From positions 2,688,001 through 2,752,000 of the forward strand of contig OZ241907.1 in assembly GCA_965203515.1 (NCBI GenBank): a stretch of 64,000 nt of DNA. The letters run 5' to 3'. A model generated the notes under the pieces. It made no database searches, was not told where the DNA came from, and saw only the letters and a list, made by a program, of their open reading frames with translations. Within the stretch, counting starts at the first letter, position 1; every line of letters starts with the position of its first letter. The DNA comes from Spirochaetia bacterium (GTDB taxonomy: Bacteria > Spirochaetota > Spirochaetia > SZUA-6 > Bin103). Below are positions 21,196 through 31,158 of the stretch, one piece after another. A program made the position numbers and the translations under genes.

Positions 21196-21343
21196 AATTT
21201 TCGTTGCGTAGTACCTCTTCACAGTCAGGCCATTTACCGCGTTTGCCCGGACCATGGAGGATGACATTTCTTTCCAGACACAATTTTGCATGGTTTTTCC
21301 CTTCGTTATCGCCGGCCGCTTGCTGCCAAATCGGCTTGTTCAA
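21196..21343 (-). pseudogene. 5' fragment of a hypothetical gene cut by ISL3
   Basis: TTG start after AAGGAG: LNKPIWQQAAGDNEGKNHAKLCLERNVILHGPG.. Confidence 0.6.
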
Positions 21344-21376
21344 TGGCTTGTGCTCCTTGGGCTTTCGTGGGGCGTG

Positions 21377-21412
21377 AAAAAGCCCGCCGGACCGTTGCGG
21401 GCCGGCGGGCTT
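21377..21412 (-). terminator. Intrinsic terminator of lipoprotein gene
   Basis: AAGCCCGCCGG..CCGGCGGGCTTTTT. Confidence 0.8.
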
Positions 21413-21457
21413 GTCTTTGGGCGATGCGGGGTAGCGTGAGCTACGCCGCCTTCGGGG

Positions 21458-22894
21458 TTACGGGGTGACGTTGAGCGTTACGGTCCCCTGGATATACTGG
21501 TCAAAGACGCCTGCGGCGGCGGTGTCGGGTGCCCCATCTCCGTCACGGTCGATAGATCCCTGGGAACCGGTACTACCCAGATAGCTTAATGCGAGGGTCC
21601 TGAGGCTTCCTGCGGGGCCTTGTTGCGGCAAGCCGACCTCATCACTCTCTATGAGGTAGGTGATGGTGACCTTGCCTGGATTGTTAGGCGTCGCCGACAA
21701 GTTACCGCTATCGATTGTCACAGCGGCAAGCTGGCTCGGTTCCGCCGAGACGTCGGCGACCGGGACATCGAGGCCCGCCCCGCTCGCCTTTTCAGGATCC
21801 TTGTAGAAGCTGTCCAGATCACGGATCAGGATCTGCGCGGTACCGGTTGCCTTCTTGGAGTGAACCGGGGGCGGCGGCGTCGCTGCCACCTGGGGGGCGC
21901 CATCGACGTAAACCCGTATCGTGTTGGTCCGCTTCAATCCACCTGGGTCCATAGCGGTGAGCTCGACAACGACCGGCGTGTGGGCGTCAGGATTCAGGGA
22001 TGAATCCCAGGTGGACTTCAGCCCCGTGATCTTGAGACCATTTGTGGCTAAACCGTTCGCGCCTGCGGTGAGCTCAACCTGAATGTGCTCGGCGGCCTTC
22101 TTCGGGTCATTGTCGCCACCGCGGGTCATCTTGGTGATCTCTATGACGTGATCTCGAAGGTCCTCATCCTTATTGTCGCTGGTGTCCGTTCCGTCGTCAT
22201 TGAATAATCCGACGGCAGTTGCCGGGGCGGCGGCACCCGGGCTCCAGGACTTGAGATCCAGGATGTGTACCACGTTCCTGGCCTTCTTCGCGGTGGCGCC
22301 GGTACCGTACGTCTCCGACTGCGTCCCCACTACGACATTTCTCTGAGGGTCAGTTTCACCTCGAAAGGCAGCAGGCTTCCGGTTGGCCCGGATCGCTACC
22401 AGCTTGGTAACGGTCGCCCCGTTGGCGTCGGTAGCCCTGACGGCCAGCGTGGTGCCCGTGGTGTAGGAGCCGGGGTCTACGAGGTTACCGGCAGCCCCCG
22501 TCCGCTTGCCGACGACGATCGCGTTGTCCTTGATCGACGCCGTGAACGGGCCGCCGGCCGCTGCCGTGGAGATGGCGTACGTGATCGGCGCCACGCCGCC
22601 GATGAAGAGTTCCGTGACGTCCGCGGAGGTGGCCGGCTTCGTCACGTCACCGACCGCGGGAGCGGCATCGGTGCCGCCGTTGTTGATCAAGATGGCGTAG
22701 CGCTCACTCGCGTCACCCACGACCTGGAGTGCGGCCGTTCCCGGCGCACCCGGCGCGCCCGCGGCACCCGTATCACCCTTGTCACCCTTGGCGCCGGGAG
22801 TGCCGGCGGGGCCGGCTTGGCAGGCGACAAGCGCCACAAGGCCGAAAACCATCAGCAGAGATGCGGCTCCCTTAGCCGCACGAGCGATGTTCAT
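21458..22894 (-). CDS. Surface lipoprotein with short collagen-like G-X-Y stretch and Ig/cadherin-like repeats
   Basis: Signal peptide with LVAC lipobox, GPAGTPGAKGDKGDTG, ATDANG/AMDPGG motifs; AAGGAG RBS. Confidence 0.75.
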   Translation of the reverse strand: MNIARAAKGAASLLMVFGLVALVACQAGPAGTPGAKGDKGDTGAAGAPGAPGTAALQVVGDASERYAILINNGGTDAAPAVGDVTKPATSADVTELFIGGVAPITYAISTAAAGGPFTASIKDNAIVVGKRTGAAGNLVDPGSYTTGTTLAVRATDANGATVTKLVAIRANRKPAAFRGETDPQRNVVVGTQSETYGTGATAKKARNVVHILDLKSWSPGAAAPATAVGLFNDDGTDTSDNKDEDLRDHVIEITKMTRGGDNDPKKAAEHIQVELTAGANGLATNGLKITGLKSTWDSSLNPDAHTPVVVELTAMDPGGLKRTNTIRVYVDGAPQVAATPPPPVHSKKATGTAQILIRDLDSFYKDPEKASGAGLDVPVADVSAEPSQLAAVTIDSGNLSATPNNPGKVTITYLIESDEVGLPQQGPAGSLRTLALSYLGSTGSQGSIDRDGDGAPDTAAAGVFDQYIQGTVTLNVTP

Positions 22895-23136
22895 GTTCTG
22901 TTCTCCTTCCTTTGTAGAACGATTGTTACGGCGCAGGAACCCCGCGCCCCTCGGGTCTGAAGCGACGCTACGACGTGTCGCGGCATTCACGATTGAGCAC
23001 GGACCCCTTTACCTCCTGCCGGCGAGCCTTGTGGGCGCCGGTCTGATTTGCGAAATCGCGGGCCGCCGGGCGCTGCAACGCAGTGCCCGAACACCTCGGT
23101 TTCCACCTGCGGGACGGCCGCATCTCACAGAGGGCG

Positions 23137-23165
23137 ACCATAGCATGACCAGTCAAGGGTGTCAA
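23137..23165 (-). promoter_or_regulatory. Near-consensus sigma70 promoter TTGACA-N17-(TGc)TATGGT
   Basis: Read directly on minus strand about 240 nt upstream of lipoprotein ATG. Confidence 0.7.
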
Positions 23166-23768
23166 CACCCGCGCGGGGCCGGCGGCAACGGGCCGCGGCG
23201 GCTCGAAGGCGGGGGGCTCGAAACCGGCGTCCGGACGCAACCCGCAGGCAGGCAGACGGCGCGCCGCCGCCCGGCTGCCGATTCCTCCGGTCTTCTGCGT
23301 CTTCATTCCGAACCGTTCGGTCCCTCCCAGCGATCGGGGCCGTCCGGCCCCCTCGCACAGTGTATCGACAGTATACGACGCACTCTTGAGCGGGCCAAGC
23401 TCAATCGGCCCTCAGTTCGCGGATCGGTCGATCCCACGCCGCATTCCCCATTCCCAGTGCGCGCAGCATCACCCGTGGAGCGGGGCGTGTCAAGCGCCCG
23501 CCGGGGCGGGGTCGGACGGCGCGCTGCGGCCGGCGCTCTCGGCCCGCGGCGGCAGGGCCTCCGGCTCCGGCGCGCGCGCGTGCGCGGCTCGACGGGGCGG
23601 CGCCGGCCCGGGGGCGGGCGCTGCCGGCCGGCGAGGGGGGGCGGCTCGCCGAAGCGCATGCCTCGCGCGCGGCCGTTCACGGTCGGGCTCGGCACGGGCT
23701 CGGCAGGCCGCGCGCGGGGGCGCGGGGCAGGCTCGGCTCGGGCGGCGGGGCGGACTCGCCCGGCCGGG

Positions 23769-24815
23769 TTATTGGCGGGGCTCGGCCTGCTCCGCGCCGT
23801 TGGCGGAGTCGCGCTTGAGGGCGCGCCAGGTCTGCTCGTCGATGCCGGTCGCGGATTGGATCACCGGCCACCCGATCCCGGCTCGCAGGAGCCCGTCGAT
23901 GGTTTCCATCCGGCCTTCCTGACGGCCCTTCAGCTCGCCTTCCTGTCGGCCCTTCAATCGGCCCTCCTGTCGGCCCTTCAGCTCGCCTTCCTGTCGGCCC
24001 TTCAGCTCGCCTTCCTGGCGGCCCTTCAATCGGCCCTCCTGGACGCCTCGTTCCAGGATTTCGGCTTCCCAGCGATCGATCTTCTCCAACAACATCGCGC
24101 TTGCCTCCTCGTAGTCGCGAATCGACGGCAGCTCCACGCCCCACTTCCGCCCCAGGGCGCTCAGCCACAGGTCAAAGCTCCTCGTCAGCTCCGGCTCGTC
24201 CTCCGCAGCCAGCCACTGCCCCAACTCCCGCACACGCTCCGCCAGCACCCCGGCGCGCCGGCTGCGCTCCACCTCCGCCATCCAGGCTATCAGGTTCGGC
24301 CTCGGCAGATCATCCGCTTCCATCCCAACCAGATCGACCACCTCATAGCTCAGCGCAAGCTCCGGCGGTCCGTCGTACTCACACCTCGGCGTCAACTCCG
24401 TCAGCGACCGCGCCGCGTCCCACCGGGCGTCGCCGTTGTACAGCACCACGCGCAGCACCGGTTCGACCGTGTCGCCCTTGCGCCACCGGTGGTCGCGGTA
24501 CCGCCGCCGGTACAGCAGGTTGGTGTAGTTGAGGAACCGCAGCGGCATCGCGTAGTCGACCGACGACTGATGCTCGATCAGCACGTGCACGGTCTCCACG
24601 CTGCCGTCAGCAGCGCGGCGGTCGATGGACCAGACGACGTCGTCGAAGCTCCGGCTCAGGTCGTCGCCGACGTTCTCCGTCGGGCCTTCGCGCAGGGACT
24701 CGAAGTCGAGCGCGTCAGCCCAACCGGCCGGGCGCCGGGGCGCGATGAACCCGACCAGCAGGTCCTCGACGATGCGCCGGTGGGTGAGCAGGCGCTTGTA
24801 TGAAGCGTCGTTCAT
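23769..24815 (-). CDS. Rpn-family (Transposase_31/YhgA-like) nuclease, copy 1
   Basis: NDASYKRL, LIEHQS, MPLRF..Y, VVLYNG; C-terminal QEGELKGR repeats. Confidence 0.9.
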   Translation of the reverse strand: MNDASYKRLLTHRRIVEDLLVGFIAPRRPAGWADALDFESLREGPTENVGDDLSRSFDDVVWSIDRRAADGSVETVHVLIEHQSSVDYAMPLRFLNYTNLLYRRRYRDHRWRKGDTVEPVLRVVLYNGDARWDAARSLTELTPRCEYDGPPELALSYEVVDLVGMEADDLPRPNLIAWMAEVERSRRAGVLAERVRELGQWLAAEDEPELTRSFDLWLSALGRKWGVELPSIRDYEEASAMLLEKIDRWEAEILERGVQEGRLKGRQEGELKGRQEGELKGRQEGRLKGRQEGELKGRQEGRMETIDGLLRAGIGWPVIQSATGIDEQTWRALKRDSANGAEQAEPRQ

Positions 24816-24917
24816 GGGGGCCTCCGTCGATGGCGGCGCCGTGGCGCAGCGGTCTGCCATCTGCCCCTTACAACGACGCCGCGTCAGCGGCGCTTCACGG
24901 CGGACTCGCCGGCCGGG

Positions 24918-25406
24918 TTATTGGCGGGGCGGGGCCTGCTCCGCGCCGTTGGCGGAGTCGCGCTTGAGGGCGCGCCAGGTCTGCTCGTCGATGCCGGTCG
25001 CGGATTGGATCACCGGCCACCCGATCCCGGCTCGCAGGAGCCCGTCGATGGTTTCCATCCGGCCTTCCTGACGGCCCTTCAGCTCGCCTTCCTGTCGGCC
25101 CTTCAGCTCGCCTTCCTGGCGGCCCTTCAGCTCGCCCTCCTGTCGGCCCTTCAATCGGCCCTCCTGGACGCCTCGTTCCAGGATTTCGGCTTCCCAGCGA
25201 TCGATCTTCTCCAACAACATCGCGCTTGCCTCCTCGTAGTCGCGAATCGACGGCAGCTCCACGCCCCACTTCCGCCCCAGGGCGCTCAGCCACAGGTCGA
25301 AGCTCTTCGTCAGCTCCGGCTCGTCCTCCGCAGCCAGCCACTGCCCCAACTCCCGCACACGCTCCGCCAGCACCCCGGCGCGCCGGCTGCGCTCCACGTC
25401 CGCCAC
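24918..25406 (-). pseudogene. Rpn C-terminal fragment retaining internal small ORF (24918-25220)
   Basis: Near-identical to 3' half of copy 1; nuclease domain missing. Confidence 0.85.
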
Positions 25407-25448
25407 CCAGAGCCGGCAACGGGCTCCCGCCGCGGCCCCGCCAATAGG

Positions 25449-26195
25449 TCATCCGCGCCGCGTCGGTCTACCCCCACCGCCGGCGCTCCCGGCTCGCCGC
25501 AGCAGCGCCTCCAGCTCCGCCACGCGCGCTTGCGCCGCTCGACGGGCCGCCGCCTCGCGCTGCCGTTCGTCGTCGGTCTCCGCAAGGTTCGGCAGGTCGC
25601 GCCCGGCGCGCGGATCATGGAACCGCAGCCCCCGCTCGCTCAGCCTCAACTCCAGCCCCAGCACCGCGCTGGTCAGCGCCAGCTCGCCGCCGCTCCGCTC
25701 CCGCGCCGGCAGCCGTTCGTACTTCCCTTCGATCAACTCCAGCCCTTGCAGCGGCGGGGTCAGCCAGTCGTTCGTCGGGTCGTACTGCCAGTACTCTCGC
25801 ACGCCCAGTCGCCGGTACAGGTCACGCTTGACCGTCTGATCTTCCCGCCGTGTGCTCCGCGAGGTGATCTCCAACACGAAGTCCGGCCCCCTCGGTTCCT
25901 CCCACAACCGGTACGTCTCCCGGTCCCGGCCGTCCGCTCCCATCACCACGAAGACGTCCGGAGCGACCACCGCCTTCGGGTTGCCCTCCTCGTAGTAGAT
26001 GAACAGGTTCCCCGACACGTAGACGTCCGGCCGGCCGCGGAAGTGGAGCCGCAGCCGGTCCACGGCGTAGCTCAGCGGCGTACGCTGATGATCGGTTTCC
26101 GCCATCGGCTTGCCGTCCGTGCTCGGGTACTCAACCGCGACCGGCGAGAGGACTGATCTCGCCGGCAGGCGTGCGCTCGACGGCCATACAGCCAT
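25449..26195 (-). CDS. Uma2-family endonuclease, copy 3 (divergent)
   Basis: YPSTDGKPMAE, APDVFVV, PDFVLEITS; start uncertain. Confidence 0.88.
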   Translation of the reverse strand: MAVWPSSARLPARSVLSPVAVEYPSTDGKPMAETDHQRTPLSYAVDRLRLHFRGRPDVYVSGNLFIYYEEGNPKAVVAPDVFVVMGADGRDRETYRLWEEPRGPDFVLEITSRSTRREDQTVKRDLYRRLGVREYWQYDPTNDWLTPPLQGLELIEGKYERLPARERSGGELALTSAVLGLELRLSERGLRFHDPRAGRDLPNLAETDDERQREAAARRAAQARVAELEALLRRAGSAGGGGRPTRRG

Positions 26196-26671
26196 GAGCG
26201 AACCATACCGTTGAGCGCCCCCATGGGCAAACTCCGCCGGGAGCAGGCAGATGGCAGTACCACGAGCGGTAGCAGCGCCCCTCCGATACTTCGTGCATCG
26301 CTTCCTCACATATGGCTGGCGACAAGAGGGTCTCACCTCGGCCGCCAAGCCGGATTCATATCTCAGGGACGGCAAACGGGGCTCCGCCGCGGCCTCGAGC
26401 CAAATATGGAGAACGAACCGGGACGATGGCGCGCCTTTGCGGATACGCCACCAACCCGTTGCGGACAGGCCCCACTGGCCACCCGCTGTTCTTCAAAACA
26501 CAGAGGACCTTTCGGCCCGTAGACGAACAGTGGGGTCGTCTACGTGAACGGCTCTTCCCACAACCGGTCGTCCGGCCGGTGCGGGTCGCGAGCGCCGTAG
26601 TCGCCGTGGGCCATCCTCCGCGCCGCGTCGGTCTACCGCCGCACGGTGGTGGACGCGCCCGGCCGGCGGGA

Positions 26672-27700
26672 TCAGGGCGGGGCCTGTTCCGTGCCGTTGG
26701 CGGAGTCGCGCTTGAGGGCGCGCCAGGTCTGCTCGTCGATGCCGGTGGCGGATTGGATCACCGGCCACCCGATCCCGGCTCGCAGGAGCCCGTCGATGGT
26801 TTCCATCCGGCCTTCCTGACGGCCCTTCAGCTCGCCCTCCTGTCGGCCTTCCTGACGGCCCTTCAGCTCGCCTTCCTGTCGGCCCTTCAGCTCGCCCTCC
26901 TGTCGGCCCTTCAATCGGCCCTCCTGGACGCCTCGTTCCAGGATTTCGGCTTCCCAGCGATCGATCTTCTCCAACAACATCGCGCTTGCCTCCTCGTAGT
27001 CGCGAATCGACGGCAGCTCCACGCCCCACTTCCGCCCCAGGGCGCTCAGCCACAGGTCAAAGCTCCTCGTCAGCTCCGGCTCGTCCTCCGCAGCCAGCCA
27101 CTGCCCCAACTCCCGCACCCGCTCCGCCAGCACACCGGCGCGCCGGCTGCGCTCCACCTCCGCCATCCAGGCTATCAGGTTCGGCCTCGGCAGATCATCC
27201 GCTTCCATCCCAACCAGATCGACCACCTCATAGCTCAGCGCAAGCTCCGGCGGTCCGTCGTACTCACACCTCGGCGTCAACTCCGTCAGCGACCGCGCCG
27301 CGTCCCACCGGGCGTCGCCGTTGTACAGCACCACGCGCAGCACCGGTTCGACCGTGTCGCCCTTGCGCCACCGGTGGTCGCGGTACCGCCGCCGGTACAA
27401 CAGGTTGGTGTAGTTGAGGAACCGCAGCGGCATCGCGTAGTCGACCGACGACTGATGCTCGATCAGCACGTGCACGGTCTCCACGCTGCCGTCAGCAGCG
27501 CGGCGGTCGATGGACCAGACGACGTCGTCGAAGCTCCGGCTCAGGTCGTCGCCGACGTTCTCCGTCGGGCCTTCGCGCAGGGACTCGAAGTCGAGCGCGT
27601 CAGCCCAACCGGCCGGGCGCCGGGGCGCGATGAAGCCGACCAGCAGGTCCTCGACGATGCGCCGGTGGGTGAGCAGGCGCTTGTACGAAGCGTCGTTCAT
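26672..27700 (-). CDS. Rpn-family nuclease, copy 2
   Basis: Near-identical to 23769-24815 except tail repeat arrangement. Confidence 0.9.
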   Translation of the reverse strand: MNDASYKRLLTHRRIVEDLLVGFIAPRRPAGWADALDFESLREGPTENVGDDLSRSFDDVVWSIDRRAADGSVETVHVLIEHQSSVDYAMPLRFLNYTNLLYRRRYRDHRWRKGDTVEPVLRVVLYNGDARWDAARSLTELTPRCEYDGPPELALSYEVVDLVGMEADDLPRPNLIAWMAEVERSRRAGVLAERVRELGQWLAAEDEPELTRSFDLWLSALGRKWGVELPSIRDYEEASAMLLEKIDRWEAEILERGVQEGRLKGRQEGELKGRQEGELKGRQEGRQEGELKGRQEGRMETIDGLLRAGIGWPVIQSATGIDEQTWRALKRDSANGTEQAPP

Positions 27701-27805
27701 GGGGCCTCCGTCGATGGCGGCGCCGTGGCGCAACGGTCTGCCATCTCTGCCCCTTACAACGACGCCGCGTCAGCGGCGCTTCACGGCGGACGCGCCCGCC
27801 GGGGC

Positions 27806-27888
27806 TTATTGGCGGGGCGCGGCCTGCTCCGTGCCGTTGGCGGAGTCGCGCTTGAGGGCGCGGCAGGTCTGCTCGTCGATGCCGGTGG
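27806..27888 (-). pseudogene. Extreme 3' Rpn fragment
   Basis: ATGIDEQT.RALKRDSANG..PRQ*. Confidence 0.8.
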
Positions 27889-27963
27889 CTCCGTGCCGCG
27901 TCCGGTCTACCGCCGCACCGCGCGATCAATCGCGGGGCCGGGGGCGCCGATAAGGATAGCACT

Positions 27964-28479
27964 ATGCCGATTGCAGGATTGAACGCCGGATTGAATGCCG
28001 AGATGCTCGTGATCGTCGCGCTCGTCGCGCTGGCCGGGCTGACGGCTCTGGTGCTGCTCCAGGGCCTCGGCCTGCGCCGCCGCTTCGATGAGATGGTCGA
28101 TGAAGATACCGCCGCGCACGCGACGCTGCGCACCGCCGCGGACCGGGTGGCTCGCATCGAGGCGGAGACGATCTCCGCCGATCAGGAGGAGCTGCGCGTG
28201 GCGGTCGCGCCCGCGCTGAGCGAACGCCTGGGCGAGCTGGCCCGGCGCAACGGCGTCTCGGTCGCCGCCATGGCGCGGACCATGCTGGACCGGGGGGCGG
28301 CGGCCGTCGAAGCCGAGATGCGCCGGCCCGGCGAGCCCGCCGCCCACCGGGCGATGCCGCCGCACGCGGCGATGCGGCCGTTCGAGGAGCAGGCGGCCGC
28401 CGGCGCCGCGCCGGCGATGTCCGGCGAGGACGCGCCGGCCTACCGCTCGAACGGGAGCGCGCGGGCGCCGCTCGCCTGA
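27964..28479 (+). CDS. Hypothetical membrane-anchored protein with possible RHH-like segment
   Basis: N-terminal hydrophobic helix; LRVAV..LSERLGELARRNGVSVAAMAR. Confidence 0.55.
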   Translation: MPIAGLNAGLNAEMLVIVALVALAGLTALVLLQGLGLRRRFDEMVDEDTAAHATLRTAADRVARIEAETISADQEELRVAVAPALSERLGELARRNGVSVAAMARTMLDRGAAAVEAEMRRPGEPAAHRAMPPHAAMRPFEEQAAAGAAPAMSGEDAPAYRSNGSARAPLA

Positions 28480-28550
28480 AACCCTGACCGGTTCCGCCGG
28501 GCCGGGCGTGGATGTTTGGGCGCGGCGGTAATCCTGGTACGCTCACCGCC

Positions 28551-29630
28551 ATGGACAAGGCGACGGCGAAGGAGGCGGCGGGAGCCGCCGGCAGGGGCGA
28601 CCTGCAGGCGGTTCGGACGGCGGTCGCGGCCGACGCGGAGATCGCCGGCTACTGGCAGGTGTTGATGAACGCCTGCTACGGGGGTCATGCGGAGGTAGTC
28701 GCGTTCCTGATCGACCAGGGCGCCGACGTCGACGTGCTGGCGCCCACCGCGCACCGCTACCGGCCGCTGCACCGTACGGTGGAGTTCAAGAAGACCGCTC
28801 CCAAGACCGCCGGCCATGCGGAGACGCTGCGGCTGCTGCTGGAGCACGGCGCCGACCCGATGCTGCGCGGCAGCTACTACCTGGTGAGCGCGGTGACCGT
28901 GGCCGCCATGGGCTGCACGGAGTACCTGCCGGCGCTGCTGGAGCGGGTTCCGGGCGACGTCGACCTGTATACGGCGTGCGCGATCGCGGATCACGGGCGG
29001 GCGGCCTCCATGCTGGCCGATTCCCCGGCAGCGGCCGCGCGGGCCGATGCCGACTCGCGCGACGGCTCCTGGCTGCCGTTGCAGTACTGCGCCCGCTGCA
29101 AGGCGGGCAGCGATCGGGACCGCCTGACCACGGCCCGGCTCCTGCTGGAACACGGCGCCGATCCGGCCGCGGCGCTCGATCAGGCGTGCTGGGCGGACAA
29201 TGGCGTGATCGTCGACCTGCTGCTCGAACGGGGCGCCCGCCTGGGCGACGACGACACCCCGAACCACTTGGCGTGCGACGGGCAGTTCGCCATCCTGGAG
29301 TCGCTGCTGCGGCACGACGCCATCGACATGGACGGCACGCGCGGCACCGGCCATCACGGCGGCTACAACCCGCTCGGCTGCGCGGTCAACATGCGCAGCC
29401 TGCAAGGCGTCACGTGGTTCCTCGATCACGGCTGCGATCCGAACCGGGTGATGAGCGCACGCGGCGAGACCGCCCTGCACGTGGCGGTCAACTCCGGCGC
29501 CGGCGTGCCGCTGGCCCGCCTGCTGGTGGAGCGCGGCGTGGACGTCGGCCGGCGGGACGACGCCGGTCAGACCGCGCTCGACCTGGCCCGCGCCAAGAAC
29601 CGGACCAGGCTGATCGAGCTCCTGAGCTGA
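28551..29630 (+). CDS. Ankyrin-repeat protein
   Basis: LLEHGADP, GETALHVAV, GQTALDLA. Confidence 0.88.
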   Translation: MDKATAKEAAGAAGRGDLQAVRTAVAADAEIAGYWQVLMNACYGGHAEVVAFLIDQGADVDVLAPTAHRYRPLHRTVEFKKTAPKTAGHAETLRLLLEHGADPMLRGSYYLVSAVTVAAMGCTEYLPALLERVPGDVDLYTACAIADHGRAASMLADSPAAAARADADSRDGSWLPLQYCARCKAGSDRDRLTTARLLLEHGADPAAALDQACWADNGVIVDLLLERGARLGDDDTPNHLACDGQFAILESLLRHDAIDMDGTRGTGHHGGYNPLGCAVNMRSLQGVTWFLDHGCDPNRVMSARGETALHVAVNSGAGVPLARLLVERGVDVGRRDDAGQTALDLARAKNRTRLIELLS

Positions 29631-29668
29631 GCCGGTCGCCGCGGCCGAAAGTCGAGCGGCCGCGCGCA

Positions 29669-30073
29669 TCATGCCTCCCCGAAGGGCAACGCGCGCAGCT
29701 CGTCCGGCAGCGGCACCGACCTGCCGGTAGCGGCGCTCACCGCGGCGTGCACGACGGTGACCGCCGCCACCTGACGGCCCGCGGCATCGGTCAGGTCGGC
29801 CGTGACCCGCAGCGAGCGGTTGCCGGCCGCGAACGCCAGGCTCACCGTCAGCGCGTCCCCGACGCGAACCGGAGCGGTGTAGTCCGCCTCGGCATGCACT
29901 ATCGGGATGCGGAATCCGCCGCCGCGCAGCAGCTCGCCCAGCGGCAACCCGCAGCGCTCCATCGCCGCCTCGAACGCCTCCTGCACCAGCTCGAACAGCC
30001 GGCCGTAGAACAGCACCCCGGCGGCGTCGGTGTGGTGCAGCCGCACGGTCAACCGGTGGCGCGTCATGCCCAT
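29669..30073 (-). CDS. Hot-dog fold acyl-CoA thioesterase (4HBT-like)
   Basis: VRLHHTDAAGVLFY, PIVHAEADY. Confidence 0.88.
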   Translation of the reverse strand: MGMTRHRLTVRLHHTDAAGVLFYGRLFELVQEAFEAAMERCGLPLGELLRGGGFRIPIVHAEADYTAPVRVGDALTVSLAFAAGNRSLRVTADLTDAAGRQVAAVTVVHAAVSAATGRSVPLPDELRALPFGEA

Positions 30074-30144
30074 GCATCGATCATGTCACGTTTCGTTGAC
30101 CGTTGGTTGCGGTAGCCCGTAACCTTCATACCGGCCATCCTTCC

Positions 30145-31158
30145 ATGATCAAGTCGAATGACGGCGCGACGCCCGCCGCCGTGCGCGACGCCGGCGACGG
30201 CATCCGCCGCGTCATCGACAACGTCCGCACGATCATCTCGATCGACGAGCGGAAGATGGAGCACCTGCTGGCGGCCAAGCTGGCCGGCGGCCACGTCATT
30301 CTGGCCGACTCGCACGGCGTGGGCAAGACCTCCCTCGCCAAGGCGCTGGCCGCTTCCATCCGCTGGCCCGCGGCGGCGGAATCGGATCACGGCGTCGCCA
30401 TCGATCACTTCAGCCGCGTCCAGTGCACGGTCGATCTGCTGCCGCAGGACATCTTGGGCTTCAACCGCTACGAAATCGCCAGCGGCGCCTTCAGCTTCAT
30501 GCGCGGTCCTCTGTTCGCGCACTTCGTGCTCTGCGACGAAATCAACCTCCTGACCCCCAAGACGCAGGGCAGCTTCCTGCAGGCGATGGAGGAGCAGGCG
30601 GTGACCGTGGAGGGGACCACGTACCGGCTGCCGGACCCGTTCTTCATCATCGCCACCATGAACCTCAAGGGCGCCCACCTGTTCCCGTTGCCGGTACCGC
30701 AGCTCGATCGCTTCATGATCCAGCTCTCCCTCGGCTACCCCTCCAGCGTCGAGGAGGAACGCATCGTCCGGCAGCACGGGCAGGAGGACGCATGGGACCG
30801 GCTCGCGCCGGTCGTGTCGTGCGACGAGCTGGTTTCCTGGCAGCGGATGGTCGACCGCATCTTCATCCATGAGGAAGTGATCGCCTACCTGGTCGAGTGC
30901 GTCCGGGTCACCCGCCGCCATCCGGCGGTCGAAACCGGCGCCAGCCCCCGCACCGGCGTGCGGCTGTCCCGGTTGGCGCGCGCCCTGGCCCTGGTACGCG
31001 GCGAGGCGTTCGTCACGATCGATCTGGCAAAGGAGGTGCTGGCGCCCGGCGTCAGCCACCGGCTGCTCCTGGAAGACACGGCCGGCGACCCGCTCGCCGT
31101 CATCGACGAAGTTCGTTCGACCGTGAGGGCGGACCGGATACCCGTCCGCGCCGGCTGA
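30145..31158 (+). CDS. MoxR-family AAA+ ATPase
   Basis: HGVGKT, RVQCTVDLLPQD, DEIN, LQAMEE, QLDRF, GASPR. Confidence 0.92.
   Translation: MIKSNDGATPAAVRDAGDGIRRVIDNVRTIISIDERKMEHLLAAKLAGGHVILADSHGVGKTSLAKALAASIRWPAAAESDHGVAIDHFSRVQCTVDLLPQDILGFNRYEIASGAFSFMRGPLFAHFVLCDEINLLTPKTQGSFLQAMEEQAVTVEGTTYRLPDPFFIIATMNLKGAHLFPLPVPQLDRFMIQLSLGYPSSVEEERIVRQHGQEDAWDRLAPVVSCDELVSWQRMVDRIFIHEEVIAYLVECVRVTRRHPAVETGASPRTGVRLSRLARALALVRGEAFVTIDLAKEVLAPGVSHRLLLEDTAGDPLAVIDEVRSTVRADRIPVRAG

Noticed and set aside
23769..27700. Rpn genes as active transposons
   Set aside because: No terminal repeats or target duplications; the Transposase_31 name is historical.
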